From Lama guanicoe (taxonomy: Eukaryota), in the NCBI GenBank assembly GCA_013239625.1, contig MU054187.1:11367231-11431230 (forward strand): a stretch of 64,000 nt of DNA, read 5' to 3'. Of this stretch, positions 13,651-26,230 are shown piece by piece. Each line of letters starts with the position of its first letter. The first letter of the stretch is position 1. The position numbers and the translations under genes were made by a program. The notes under the pieces were generated by a model. That model ran no database searches. It saw only the letters and a program-made list of their open reading frames with translations, and was not told the DNA's origin.

Positions 13651-16446
13651 AGAAAGCACACGGATTTAAGGAGGAAAGGTGAGAGAGAGAGACTGGCAGG
13701 CTTTAAGAAAGATTTTAGCATGGCACTGAGTCAGTGGATTCACCCAAATTTGCATTGAATTTTCTAGAATTTATATTATTCAAAGACAGCATAGTTACCC
13801 ACAAGCCTGGATAAATCATTATGTTTCATATAAAGTAGCATTTTGCCAAAATGAATTTTTTCCCCTTTCCCTGCCAGAAATTATCAACTTGCCCAGTAAC
13901 TTGCTGCTTCTTGTTTTACAGTGAAATAAACAGGAAAGTCCCTAGAAAGGTGTCAAACAATAGAAACACAGAAGAAAGAATCCAGTTTAAGCCTAGATAG
14001 TCTAGGCCTGCTTTATGGCAAGAATAAAACGAGTATCTTCTCTGGGAAAAAGAACTGAGATCTCTGAAGGATGGTGGATAGTGCTTTACATGTGCAGTGG
14101 TGGCTTCATTACCCCTTTTTACGGCTTTGCATCTTCTTACTTTAACAATAGGTCATTCAGGTGTGAATTTATTTTGATGAGATCTGTACGATTTTATGCC
14201 TAGAGAAGTAACTCACAGTATTTATCCCCAGTGATGTCTTCAAGGAGATGGTCAAATTTTTATATTTTCATCGTTAAGCCATATTCCATTCTTGACACAC
14301 AGGAATATTTCCCCAAAAAATTTCCTGGAAGTCAGTAACGGCCCCTTGGTTAGATTCTGTACAAAGCTGAGCCCACAGAGGCTCAGGAAGTGCCCCATGG
14401 GACACGTCACTGGGTTGTGAGTCCCATTGTAAGTTTCATTTTGTAGTGGAGATGAATCCTGTTTTCTCTGGAGTGAAACCGAGAAAGATGACCAGGTGGA
14501 AAGTTCCCTGGAGTCATTTTCCTTTTCATGTTTATGGGTCACGTCTTTGCCTGCAGTGAGTGAGGGCAAGGGTGACACCAGGTGACTCGTTTTAAAAATC
14601 AGCAAAGCAGAGGAAACTTTCTTCCTTGCACCCTTCTAAGACACCAGGTAAGGAGAAAGAAACCTTCAAATGGAAAAAGAACATGAAGCAGAGGGTTTTT
14701 AATAAATTAGGGATCTTGCTTATACTTTACTGTAAATAGTGATTATATTATAAATTGCAATAAGCTCCCCAGGCAGCCAAAATCCACGATGTGAATTAGA
14801 TTTTTTTTTGGACTGGCGAATCTCAATCATTCATTCTTTTGATAAATGGCAACGCATACCTTACATATGCAGGACATAATGCAGATGTAATATTGGGTTT
14901 GCCCTGCGGGCTCTGTTCTCAGGAGCTTATGGTCTAAGAGGACCACAAGACTGCCAGTGTGAGCTAAATCTCCCTGCCAGTGCAATTGCTGTAATCTGCA
15001 TCTGTAAAGGGGTAATGAGTGGTCTTCAGCCTTTGGTGCCTGTATCTTAAAACTCTTCAGTGGATGATAACTGCATCTCCATTGTTTGTTAGAATATATT
15101 TCAGAAAAATAATTAAGGATTAATAGTGAAGATTTGCCAGATCCTCCCAAGAACTGCAAAGTTTCTAAGTACAAACTGCTACCCTAATGCCAGGCCTCTG
15201 CCCATGCTTGCCAGCTTAAGGATGCTCAGGATGGTGGCAGGAAATAGTTCCACAACTTTCTCAACAACCAGGTGATCTGAGTGCAACAAAATCCCCTTTT
15301 CATATTAGAAGTGCAGTTACTATGTAGGCAGAGAGCGCTCCTCAAATACTTTCAACAGAAAGGCTCCCTCCCAGAGCTATTGCCTTGGGTTTTAGTGCAA
15401 AGAAGAATTTAAATTTATGGACTTTTGCTCCCAGAGATCAACCTGTCTTTTCTTATATTTTATTTTACTAATCAGTCTGTTAAAATAATTTTTTTTACCA
15501 GTCAATTTTTAAAAATGCTTTTATTTCAAAATATTTGTTTCCTGAAGCTTACTGAGAGAGGTTACATGAATTCCACTCAAGTTACAGGATTTGCTTCATG
15601 AGAAAAATAGCAAAAATATTAATAACCATCTCTTGTAAGTGTCTGAAACATAATACCAATCCAAAAGTACTTTCAACACTCTAGAAATACCCGTAACAAA
15701 ATGTCAGTGTGAACAGTTCTCGTCTGGCTTCAGCTGGTAACTTGGTGATGGTCTTGAGAACGCCCTCCAGTTTGCTGACGGCTCTGCACCGCCCGCCCGG
15801 AGATGACATCCCAGGCAGGCAGAGTATGTAAGCGCTCTTCAGGGCAGATGCAGGCAGTGCACAAGGAGCTCGTATTCAGAGCTTCATTTTAACCGTTTGC
15901 AATCATATTCTCAATCTGTAAATTGTCTGTGCACAGAAAAGATGTAAAGAGAAAATAACGGGGTGGGGGGGGGCGCTAGCTGGCAGACTGTTCCATAGAA
16001 GGCCTTGTAGTAGAAACCAGAATAACACAAAACCCTTACAATAGCCATGTCACGGGGGGCAAGTGAAAAGACAAGGTGAATGACCAGCAGAGCAAGAGGA
16101 AAGAACTGGAGGTCAGAAGGACAAAGGCTCTGCGGAGAGGACCAAAGACGTCATCCCAGATGCTCCAAGCGGAGGATGGCCGCTGTTAGCGGGGGTTCCC
16201 GGGCAGCTTAGGGACTGGCAGGCACAGGCTTTTGGTTTGCTTTAAACACCAGTTACATAAAAATCAGAACTGCAGGTGTCTCCTAAGGATGTTTTTCTCC
16301 ACACGTTCCTAAGTGAATAGAGGATGGACAGAAGGATAGATAGATGGATTACATGAAAAATAAACAAGCATTATCCATACAGATTCAAAAGCTTAAAAAT
16401 GAATGAGATTCTCATGGTGTGGTTTCTATCCATGTAGTGTGGGCAC

Positions 16447-16470
16447 GTGTGTGTGTGTGTGTGTGTGTGT
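16447..16470. repeat. (GT)12 microsatellite
   Basis: Read directly from the sequence. Confidence 0.95.
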
Positions 16471-17664
16471 CTTTTTCTTTGGAGATGCAGGAAAAATGCA
16501 TGATGAAAAATAACGCTAGAAAAACAAAATCCAAATATGTTTCACTGGGTTTGGGCAGACAGAGACAAAGTGGAGGGAAATGAGAAAGAGAATGTGTAAA
16601 TAGTCTGATTAACCACTCCCCCCACACCGTGTACTGCAATAAACTAAAAGAGGGCTAGTTTTGCTAGATAATTTAAGCTAAGTAATACAAGTGTGATCTA
16701 TCAAGCCAGTTTCTTACTTTCCCACTAACTCTTTTTATGTCTAACCCCACAGCCTCTATCTTCTTCTAATCCTTTTCAGTCTTCTTGCCCTTTGCCCCCA
16801 CATGACCTTTGGCACATTGCCTCCTGACCTTAAAAATGAGGAGTTCAGAGTTTCAGGGAGATTTTGAGGAAACCACCTGCTGTTCTGCTCTGCTCGTCCC
16901 CCCACCACTGAATGCAAAGAGAATGACAGAGCATAGAAATCCGCCAATTTTCTGAACCTCCCTAAATCCCCAGTTCAACAGTTCCTGTGATATTGTCATG
17001 ACTGGTTGGATTTCAAAATTCTCCCACCATGATTCAAATAGAACAGGAATGAAAAATCTCACAGTCAGAAGTGGATCCTGATTTCTTCTCTCAGACAGAA
17101 AAATCAGTGAAGAAAAAGACCAAATTCTCAAAAGATGAGTCAGTTTCGGATTGTGCTTCGAAATTGAGGTGATCCTTGATTATTTTTTCTTGAAATACTT
17201 GGTTTTCTTTAATTATGTCACTGGTAAACTTTGGCTTGAAAACTGGAATGTTTAGTTACCTAAAATTTTCTTCTAAAAATCCAACTTTCAGATACACAAC
17301 TCTTAGAATACAGAGTCCTATCAATGTAACCTGAGATAGGGTGTCATTTAGGTCTAGGGATGGGGGTGAATTAAGACCAGCACACACGGCTTTGGGGCAT
17401 CAGTCCTGGCGAGACACAGTCTTGCTGGGGAAGGTGGGGCTGGGGGAAGGCGGAAGGCAGGCAAGGCAGTTGACCAATCGTAGTGGTTCTCTCAGACAGC
17501 ACGCCCTTGTCCAGTTCAGGTTTCTAACTCAGTTTGGAAAATATCTAGTTGACTAGATGAGGGGCACATGAATTCATGGATCATCGTAAAAAGAAGCAGA
17601 AACTGTGACAGGGTCATGTGATGTAGGTTGTGAAAATAATTTGATGTTGAAAATGGTAATGACT

Positions 17665-17892
17665 CCAGGGGCCTTCTGTGTACTAGTCTCCTGAGAACTT
17701 CACATGTATTAAGCTTTTTAACCGTCACAATATCCATGAGGTGGGTCCTATTACATCATCTCTACCACTGAGGGAACTTTGGTCCAGAAAGTCTGACTTG
17801 TGCAAGTTCTCACAGCTAGCACACAGCAGAGTGCAAATCAAAACCCAGCTTGTCAGACCCCAAAACTCACGCTTTCTCTAAGCCACTGTGCT
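17665..17892 (-). mobile_element. MIR SINE
   Basis: Reverse MIR pattern: TTTCACATGTATTAAGC...ATGAGGTGGGTCCTATTA...CACAGCTAG...AAACCCAG. Confidence 0.75.
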
Positions 17893-18109
17893 AGATGGGG
17901 AAAGAGTGCTTGGGTATACGAAAAGGAAAAAAGAGTGAGGATCTTTGGAAAAAGCCATTAGAAAATTCCTTTGAACTGTCAATGACAGAGCTGATAAACT
18001 TTCCAGACACCTCTACTCTCTGATCTTATGAATTATTAGCGGCTACTGTAACTCCAGCTACAAAACTGAGGGGACTTCAGTCACTCATGAGATCAGCCTT
18101 CTTTAGAAG

Positions 18110-18654
18110 CCTATTAGTTACCTATTGTTGCATTAAAAATGACTCTGTATGTAAGTTGCTTGAAACAATCATCAACATCTTATTTCATATAATTTCTAGG
18201 GGTCAGGAATTTGGAAGCAGTTTAGCTGGGAAGTTCTGGTTCAGAGTCATTCGTGACGTTGCGGTCCAAGGCCTTACTAGGCCTGTGGTCATCTGAGGGA
18301 CTGACTGGGGTTGGAGGGACCTCTTCTAAGACAGCTCACTCACACGGCTGGCACGTTGCTGCTGGCCGTCAGCAGGAAGCTTCAGTCCCTCGCCGGATGG
18401 ACCTGTCTTCGCAGAGCTGCTTGAGTGTCCTCACAACATGGCAGCTGGCTTTCCCCAGGGCAGGCGATTCAAGACATCAAGGCACAGCAGCGATGATTTT
18501 TAGGACCTAGCCTCAGAAGTCACACTCCATCATTTCTGCAATAAGCTGCTAGTTACCTGGGTCGGCCCTACTGAGTGTGGGTGGAAATTTCTAAAAGGTG
18601 TGACTACGAGGAGGTGAGAATCACAGAGAAGTGTGTTGGAGGCTGGCTGGCACA
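18110..18654 (-). mobile_element. MaLR solo LTR (MLT1F/G/H-like)
   Basis: TATTAGTTACCTATTGTTGC...GGGTCAGGAATTTGGAAGCAGTTTAGCTGGG...CTCAGAAGTCACA...TTGGAGGCTGGCTGGCACA. Confidence 0.85.
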
Positions 18655-21600
18655 CAGTATCAGTTTATTAACGGTACTGTTTGGTGATTTGGGTTCAATT
18701 TTTTCAACAGAGAGATGAAATACAAGCAGTAAATACATTCAAACAGTTAGGAATGCAGTGGGCAGCCTGCCCTCCATCTGTCCCAGGAGGCCTAGAGTTT
18801 GAGGGTGTCTTTCTGGGCTAGCAACTCATCATCCTCTTGCCCTACTGCTGACATCAAGTGAAGGACTTGCATCTGAGTATAAGTCTCATCAAGACACTCA
18901 GCCATCAAGCAGACAGAAAAAGTAAGCATGTTTAAGGCCACTCTCCATATTCAATCATTTACTGGATACATGTTAGTGGTCAGAACTACAGTCTGGGCAG
19001 AATCTTAGACATCATGAACCATCGGGAGGGCTCAGTCTGTTATTCTTAGGGACCCATTGCTAAAATAAGCCCTTAGAGTTAATTAAATAAAACCACCACC
19101 CCTTACTGCAAATGGAAAAATTGACGTCTCCAGCCCCCTCTGTCTCCATCCCAGCCCACTGAGGCTGCCTTTCTACTGGTGGAGAAAAAAGTGAATCCTC
19201 ATTTTTAAATATGATGTTCTTTCCCCCAAAACTTGTGTATATCATAAGCCCTAAAAAAGTCTTTCTTTGTCAACACATTTTTTTGCTTTAGAGTTACAAT
19301 TATAGTAGTTAAGGTGGATGCTGAAAAGTCAATTGTATTGTGACTGAGAGAGGTCCCTCAGAGGATCCTAGATCTTTGTGCCATCTTAGAAGTATTTTTA
19401 TTCTGGAATCTTTTTTTTTTTTAATGTAGGCACATTGTTTTGTAATTTTTTTTAACGTTTCCAAAACAGGCTATTTATTTCCTCCCGATAAATCAATTGG
19501 CAGTGATTAAGAAATCGATGTGACCCGGGGAGGGGGCTGTAATTTTAAGTGTAGGCACATTATAATCAGTGCTTTTTATTTCTCCTTCTCTTCCTTTGTA
19601 ATTACCAGGAAGACTTTTTTCTCTGTTTCTGCTTGTGTGGTGGCTTGGGTGGTCAGCTCCGGGTCACCGCAGGCGAGAGAGGCAGTTCTAACCTGAATAA
19701 ATACACCACCATCCCTTTACAGAGGGAATGCTTTGCTGCCAAGGCTCAAGAATTCACATCCTTTACGGCAGTCTCAGCTGAAGGCCTGAGACTCACTTGC
19801 CAGCTAGTAACCTACGAGAGATAACTTCTAGCTTTGCTGACACTCCATGAGGTACACAAGTTAGTCAGAAAGCAGGAGAATTAATGAAGTCACCGCCTCT
19901 CCATTCAAGAACACCGAGGCACAAGCCCTTAGGTAAAAATCAGATCCATTTAGGTGATGAAATTGTTCTTCAGGTCATCATATAACCTCAAACTCTATCT
20001 TTTATTTAAAAAGTCCTTTTTTTTTTTTGGCCCAAGGATCTAGTTAGGAAATAAGTCATTCTATGTCTTAAAATAAGTGTTTCAAAGCAGACCCGCGAGA
20101 AAGCTTTAAACTTCAGTGAACCTTAAAAGAATTTTCAATATGTAGGGGGAAAAAATCTTCCGTTCTTAAAGACAACGAAACCAAAAAGCTGGAAAGCAAT
20201 ATGAATAGCATGGATTCCTTAGCACTGTGAAAAACAGGTCACTAACTCCTTTTTTTCCAAAACAACAACAGACACTTCGCCGCTATTGTTAACTTAGAAA
20301 GTCAGCTCATAACAAAAAGGAATAGTGCTTCCACGCATCTCTGAGAGAAGAGAATGTAGCGTGCGGTCTTTAAGTGCATTCGACAGTGAGAAAATGAAAA
20401 CGGAACGCAAGCGGAAAGTGGGCAACTACCCGCTTGACCTGCAGATATCATAGATTTATTAGAATCACTGTGAGTACAAACAAGATTCAGATGTGCAGAT
20501 TGATTAGTCTGGATGTACTAATATAAGAAAATCACAGATCAGACCCCTGAATGCCCGAGTGATTATGAACACTTACTTGACTCTTACTGTTTCTAATACA
20601 GTTTTCCATGTGCTTGATTTTATGCACAAGTTGTTAAAAACCTGATCACGGATGCCTACAGTCCCAGCAAGGCCAGGGTGGTCTTGGGCTGTGGAGAGTG
20701 GTGACACCTCACGCTGAAGGCACGTGGGCCTTTGGTTCCAAAACCAAACAAGTTGGAAAGAATGTGGTTATTTTTACTTCTAATCTGGCACTATTACGAT
20801 ACAAAAATCAAAGGCTGGTTGTGAATCGCTTAAAACTCCATAAACAAAGTTAAAGGGCAAACACAGACCAGGAGAAAACATTTGCAAGGTTCAGCTGTAA
20901 AGTTGACTATTTTCCCCAGCTTAAGGGAGTTTTCTTCTTACTGCTTATAATGACGAAGACCATGACATGGGATGGAAACGATGAGGAAGCTGCCAGTGGT
21001 TTAAGAAAATCTCCTGTTAATGACTTTAGTGAGGGCTCTGTGACCCAAGCTCATCTCGAGGCTGAATGTACTTGATAATGTACATTTCACATTTTTAAAC
21101 CCTTAGGTTCGCTTACCTGCAGTTCACGCAGGAAGAAGCTACTAATTAAATAGGCAGTTTCCAGGGACCAGATGAAAATTGAAAAATTCAGGAAGCATTT
21201 GCAAACACTTTGTTGAGATGTCTATAATATTATACTACATCTTTGGAGCTCTTTGGGAAACTCCTAAATTAAGAGATACACAATGGCTATTTTCGCTACA
21301 TCGTGACTTACTGTTAAACTCAGTGTTTAAGGGAATTACTTGTATGACATAAGAAAAAAATGTAGTGCACTTGGAGATGCCAGCTTTGAGGAATAAGGAT
21401 ATATTTCTAGAAGCCTCATCAGTCACTTGAAGCTCCATCATACTGAAGAACAATGGCCAAAAAAGTAGGAATATTACATTTCTTTTTACTTATATCTGTT
21501 TTATTACCAATTCAAACTTCAGCTTTGATAAAGTCAGCTTGATCTTCCATATGTCATGGACTGCATTTCTTTGATGAATGAATGAATTCTAAGACTACCT

Positions 21601-21944
21601 CCCTACTCTTTTGAGACTTAGAGAAATAAGACAAGGTAGCAGTACCCACAGGCAATGTGAGGAGGTTGGCGAGATGACAAATTTCCCAGTCCTGTGAAAT
21701 GAGAAGTACATTGATACAATTGATGTCATACATATTTAATAAGAACTGTATCTTTAAATTGTCATAAGCACAAAAGTCACCATTCATAATTAATTCTTAA
21801 GTGAAAAAAGTATAAATAATTCAGATAGGAGTGTGCTGATTGGAAGGGAAATAATAGACTCCATAAGGATTGTTTTAATCATAAAAGCAAGCTGTTTTTT
21901 AAATTAAAGTTTTACATGATATACGTGTATATGTGTGTGTGTAA

Positions 21945-22295
21945 TTTAGAATGCTTTGGGTTGAAATAGAAAAAAATCCAGCTCAAATTGCTTTAGGCAG
22001 CAAGAATGTTTGGGTTTCCAAATGATGATTCCAGGGATCACTGCTCACTGCAGCTGAGGCTGTACTGGAGCTTAGTTAAAGTCACCCACTCTGTTTCCTT
22101 CCCTACTCCTCTTGGCTCTGCCTGCTCTATGTTTCAACATGTCTATGTCCTCATATTTACAATATGGCTGCTGTTGCTCCAGCCTTTCATCCTCAAAGTC
22201 TTAGGTCAATGAATGTCAGAGCACTACCTTTGTCTGCAGCTCAAACAACACAGCATTGGAAGTGAGTCTTATTGGCTCTGAATGACTTGGCTTTG
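21945..22295 (-). mobile_element. Old MaLR LTR remnant (MLT1J/K/L-like)
   Basis: TTAGAATGCTTTGGGTTG...CCAGCTCAAATTGCTTTAGGC...ATTGGCTCTGA; highly decayed. Confidence 0.5.
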
Positions 22296-22299
22296 GTCA

Positions 22300-22375
22300 A
22301 TGATTAGCATGCACAAGGTTCTGGGTTCAATTCCCAGTATCTCCATTAACAACAACAAAAAAAAATTAAAAAAAA
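22300..22375 (+). mobile_element. 5'-truncated tRNA-derived camelid-type SINE
   Basis: TTAGCATGCACAAGGTTCTGGGTTCAATTCCCAGTATCTCC with B-box GGTTCAATTCC (22324-22334) and an A-rich tail. Confidence 0.85.
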
Positions 22376-22884
22376 CTGATGTCTTGCCATTACTATTATA
22401 TATCAGAGGACATTCAGACTCTTTTTGCAGCTTGCTATTTATGTTTATAAATATCTGTGCTAAGCAGGGCACCCTGCTACTTAAGGTACATTTGGGTAGG
22501 GAAGTGGCAGACTGTAATCCATTAGCCACGTTATCTGGGCTAAAGGGGGTTGCATTTTAAGATAATCATTTGGCAGACAAAATTACTGAGGATGAAGCCC
22601 CAGGACACAGACGCTTGAGGATGTTTCCTTTTTCTAGGCATAGTTGGGATGTTGATTCACTAGGTAAGATTCTGTTCATTTAGAGGAGTGTGGTGGATGT
22701 ATTTTCCAGTTTTTATGCCAGTAAAAGAATAAGCTGCAGAAACAGGACATAGAATGGAAACTGCCAGGAAGTCTGGTGAGGTGGTAGAAAACCACGTTCC
22801 CATCCAACGTGGCCCTCCCAGGGAGGCAGTGTGACTGTCCTGGCACATGACTCACGATGAACCCCGCAGCCACTAGCCATGGAA

Positions 22885-23000
22885 CAATGGAAAAGCTGTT
22901 TAACCTCTCTGGATCTCAGTTCCTTCAGCTGAAAATGGGGAAAAGAGTCCTGCCTCTCTGGTTTTGTAGGGAGTTACCACAGTGTTCCTGGCACATACCA
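22885..23000 (+). mobile_element. MIR fragment
   Basis: Core TTTAACCTCTCTGGATCTCAGTTCCTTCAGCTGAAAATGGGG. Confidence 0.7.
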
Positions 23001-24194
23001 CAGACTCAGTCAGTGTGAGCTTTTATCATGAGCATCTCTGACTCCCGTTGTGCACATCCTTGAGGGCATCTGGGAAGGCTCTCCCTGGAGAGAGAGCAAA
23101 ACTCTTGAGTTGGGACTTTCAGAGCATCCTCTCTGTTTCTCTCTGCAAGTGGAAGGAGATTTAGACCACAAAACAGGTCCAAATACCCGGATTTCTGGGA
23201 ACCTTTGACAACACATGGTACATGGGACAGAGCCTCAGAGGTTTGTTGAATGAATGCTAGCACCCTGGCTGAAAATTACTTCTCACCCCCCGGGGTATCA
23301 ATCGCTTGGTAGTTTCATACATTTCTTTGTAATAACCTCAACCGAATGTCCCGTGAATGGGTTTTTGTTGCCAAAAACTATCATCCAATGTGTATAATTT
23401 TGTTAAAACATTTTCTTGATTCAGCTTCTCCAAGAGTATTCCATGAGTATTGCAAGCACTTGTCTAGAAAGTGAGGGAGGAATACGTAGTAATGTTTCCA
23501 TGGAGAGAAGGTTGGAAACAAAGTAAGGAGCAAAAGTGAGACAAAGAGAGAAAACAGAAACCCCTGTGGTGTCTAAGCCTTCCCAGGCTTGTCTTCTTCC
23601 CGCTTGCAACCCCCAGTTTATTTCCAAAACAAAGTGAGGTAAGCCAGGCCTGAGCCTGCAGCTGGAGACCGGCTAGTGTCCAGGGCTGTCTTTGAAAAGA
23701 ACAGGGGCCCACGTGTCCGTGAATTCTTCCCTCAGCTCACATGCTCACCTCCCTGTCGCCTCACTTGCTGAAAGGCTGAAGGGGCTGCTTCAGAATCCAA
23801 ATACCTGAGCCTTTGTTCTGGGGAAGGACAACTTAAGACAGAAATGCCTTTCGAACTGATTGGAAATAAAGTCAGACATTCACAGCTTTTCGTTCTTTCT
23901 TTGAGTCTACGAGTAAAAATGATCTTTTCGAGAAATTGAAGTTCATTGAAAAAGGAAAGACTTTTAAAGATGAAAGATCTTGTTATTTGAAAAAGAGATT
24001 TAAATATCCGAACTTTCTCGTTTTACGCTATGATATGCAAATAGGAAAAGATCTTGTCCTAGGCAGTTGCTAACCAGAATCTTAGGTGTGATTGAAAATA
24101 CCCAAGTGTGAGATAATCAATTCCTTTTTTTTAAAAAAATATTTTACATTTGGGTTGAAGAAGCACCCTTAAAGGAGTTACATTACCATCTAGA

Positions 24195-25990
24195 CATTCA
24201 TTCTTTTATCCCAAAAATATTGACCAAGCCCCTGCAGTGCGCTAGGTTCCGGGTGGGCTCCAGAGGGACAGTGATAGTCCATGTGCACAGGATGTTACTA
24301 GAGTTCAGAGGAGGGATGCAGAACTCCTGGGGAAGGGAAGCCAGCGTGTGAGTGGCTGCGGGAGGTCAAGGAAGGCTTCCTTGATGTCAGAACTTTCTTA
24401 CTGAGTAAAAAAAGGGATCAAGCATTTTGGTGGGAGTGGAGTGGGTTGGGCAGATGTCATGCTGGTACTTGAATCTAGAAGGCATTTTTTTTTCCTTTTT
24501 CCATTTTTTTTAATCGAAATATAGTCTGTTTACAATGTTGTGTCAGTTTCTGGTGTACAGCATAATGTTTCAGTCATACATATGCATACAGATATTTGTT
24601 TTCATATTTTTTTCATTATAGGATACCTCAAGATAGTGAATATACCTCCCTGCTCTGTACAGCAGGACCTTGTTTATCTATTTTATATATAGTAGTATTT
24701 GCAAATCTTGAACTCCCAATGTATCCCTTTCCACCCCCATTCCTTCCTGGTAAGTTTGTTTTTCTGTTTGTGAGTCTGTTTCTGTTTTGTAAGTTCATTT
24801 GTGTCTTTTTTTTTAGATTCCACATATAAGTGATATTATATGGTATTTTTCCTTCCTTTTCTGTCTTACTTCACTTAGAATGATAATCTCTAGGTCCATC
24901 CATGTTGCTGCAAATGGCATTATCTTTATTCTTTTTTATGTCTGAGTAGTATTCCACTGGGTGTGTATGTGTGTGTATATAAATATACCACAACTTCTTT
25001 ATCCAGTCATCTGTCGATGGACATCTCAGTTGTTTCCATGTCTTTGCTATTGTATATAGTGGTGCTATGAACATTGGGGTGTGAGTGTCTTTCTGAATTA
25101 GAGCTCCCTCTTAATATATGCCCAGGAGTGGGATTGCTGGATCACACAGTAAGCCTACTTTTTGTTTTTTGAGGAATCTCCAAACTGTTTTCCCTAATGG
25201 CTGTACCAACTACATTCCCACCAACAGTGTAGGAGGTTCCCTCTTCTCCACACCCTCTCCAGCATTTATCGTTTGTGGACGTTTTAATGATGGCCATTCT
25301 GAGTGGTGTGAGATGATACCTCATTGTAGTTTTGATCTGCATTTCTCTGATAATTAGTGATAGCATTTTTCATGTGCCTATTGGCCATTTGTATGTCTTC
25401 GTTGGAGAATTGCTTGTTTAGGTCTTCTGCTCATTTCCGGATTGGATTGTCTGGTTTTTTTTTGTTGTTATTAAGTTGTATGAGTCGTTTATGTATTCTG
25501 AAAATTAAGCCCTGTCAGTTGCATCATCTGCAAATATTTTCTCCCATTCCGTGTGTTGTCTTTTTGTTTTGTTTATAGAAGGCATTTTTAATATTAAAGC
25601 CATGTTTGGGAAGGCATTGAATTTTGAACAGGGAAGAGACATGAGTAAGCCAGCATCTAAGAAGATCGCTCTGGTGCCTGGGTGAACGGAAGGTGAATCT
25701 AAGAGGAAGCAGACAGGAGACAGACAGACCATTAGAAGCTGTTACTGTGATCTGGAAAAAGAAGGCATAAACTATGGTAGTGACAAAAGAAATAGAGAAA
25801 GGGGAATAGAATTGAGAAACATTTAGTTAAAATCAGCAAGATAAATGATGGATCAGGTCTGAGGAGTCGGGAAGGTGCCAGAAGAGATGAAGAAAAGGGA
25901 AGTGTCCGGCCTCCAGATTCATCCGTCACTGATGGAATGACAGTTGTGCCACGGAGACAGAGACACTGCTGAGACCCAAAGCCGCTTACC
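24195..25990 (-). mobile_element. L2 remnant split by the L1 at 24490-25575
   Basis: ATTCATTC... terminus and GGTCAAGGAAGGCTTCC left of the L1; TTTTGAACAGGGAAGAGACATG and AAGATCGCTCTGG right of it. Confidence 0.65.
24490..25575 (-). mobile_element. 5'-truncated L1 (about 1.09 kb; ORF2 C-terminus plus 3'UTR) with perfect 14-bp TSD
   Basis: TSD TAGAAGGCATTTTT at 24476-24489 and 25576-25589. Frameshifted ORF2 peptides [40 protein letters not shown] and MFIAPLYTIAKTWKQLRCPSTDDWIKKLWYIY. Confidence 0.97.
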
Positions 25991-26124
25991 CCTCTGGCGC
26001 GACGACATGGATTGTCTTCTGTAAACAGACACCAAAATATTAGACCACCTGATAGACACAAGGCATTTCGTGTTTAGCAGGTGGTCCACGAATTTTAAGT
26101 CATTTGGAAGACAGGCAGAGCCAC

Positions 26125-26230
26125 TGCGTTTTAGAAACGAGAAACTCCTGATTCAGAGAGGTTGTTGACTTCTCCAGAGTCACACAGCTAGTAAGTGAGA
26201 CAGCAGAACTTCCTTCCAAATCCATCTGTC
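26125..26230 (-). mobile_element. MIR fragment
   Basis: TCAGAGAGGTTGTTGACTTCTCCAGAGTCACACAGCTAGTAAGTG. Confidence 0.7.

Noticed and set aside
24871..25366. L1 ORF2-like peptides as a possible active gene
   Set aside because: Frameshifted, 5'-truncated L1 fragment with no endonuclease or RT domain.
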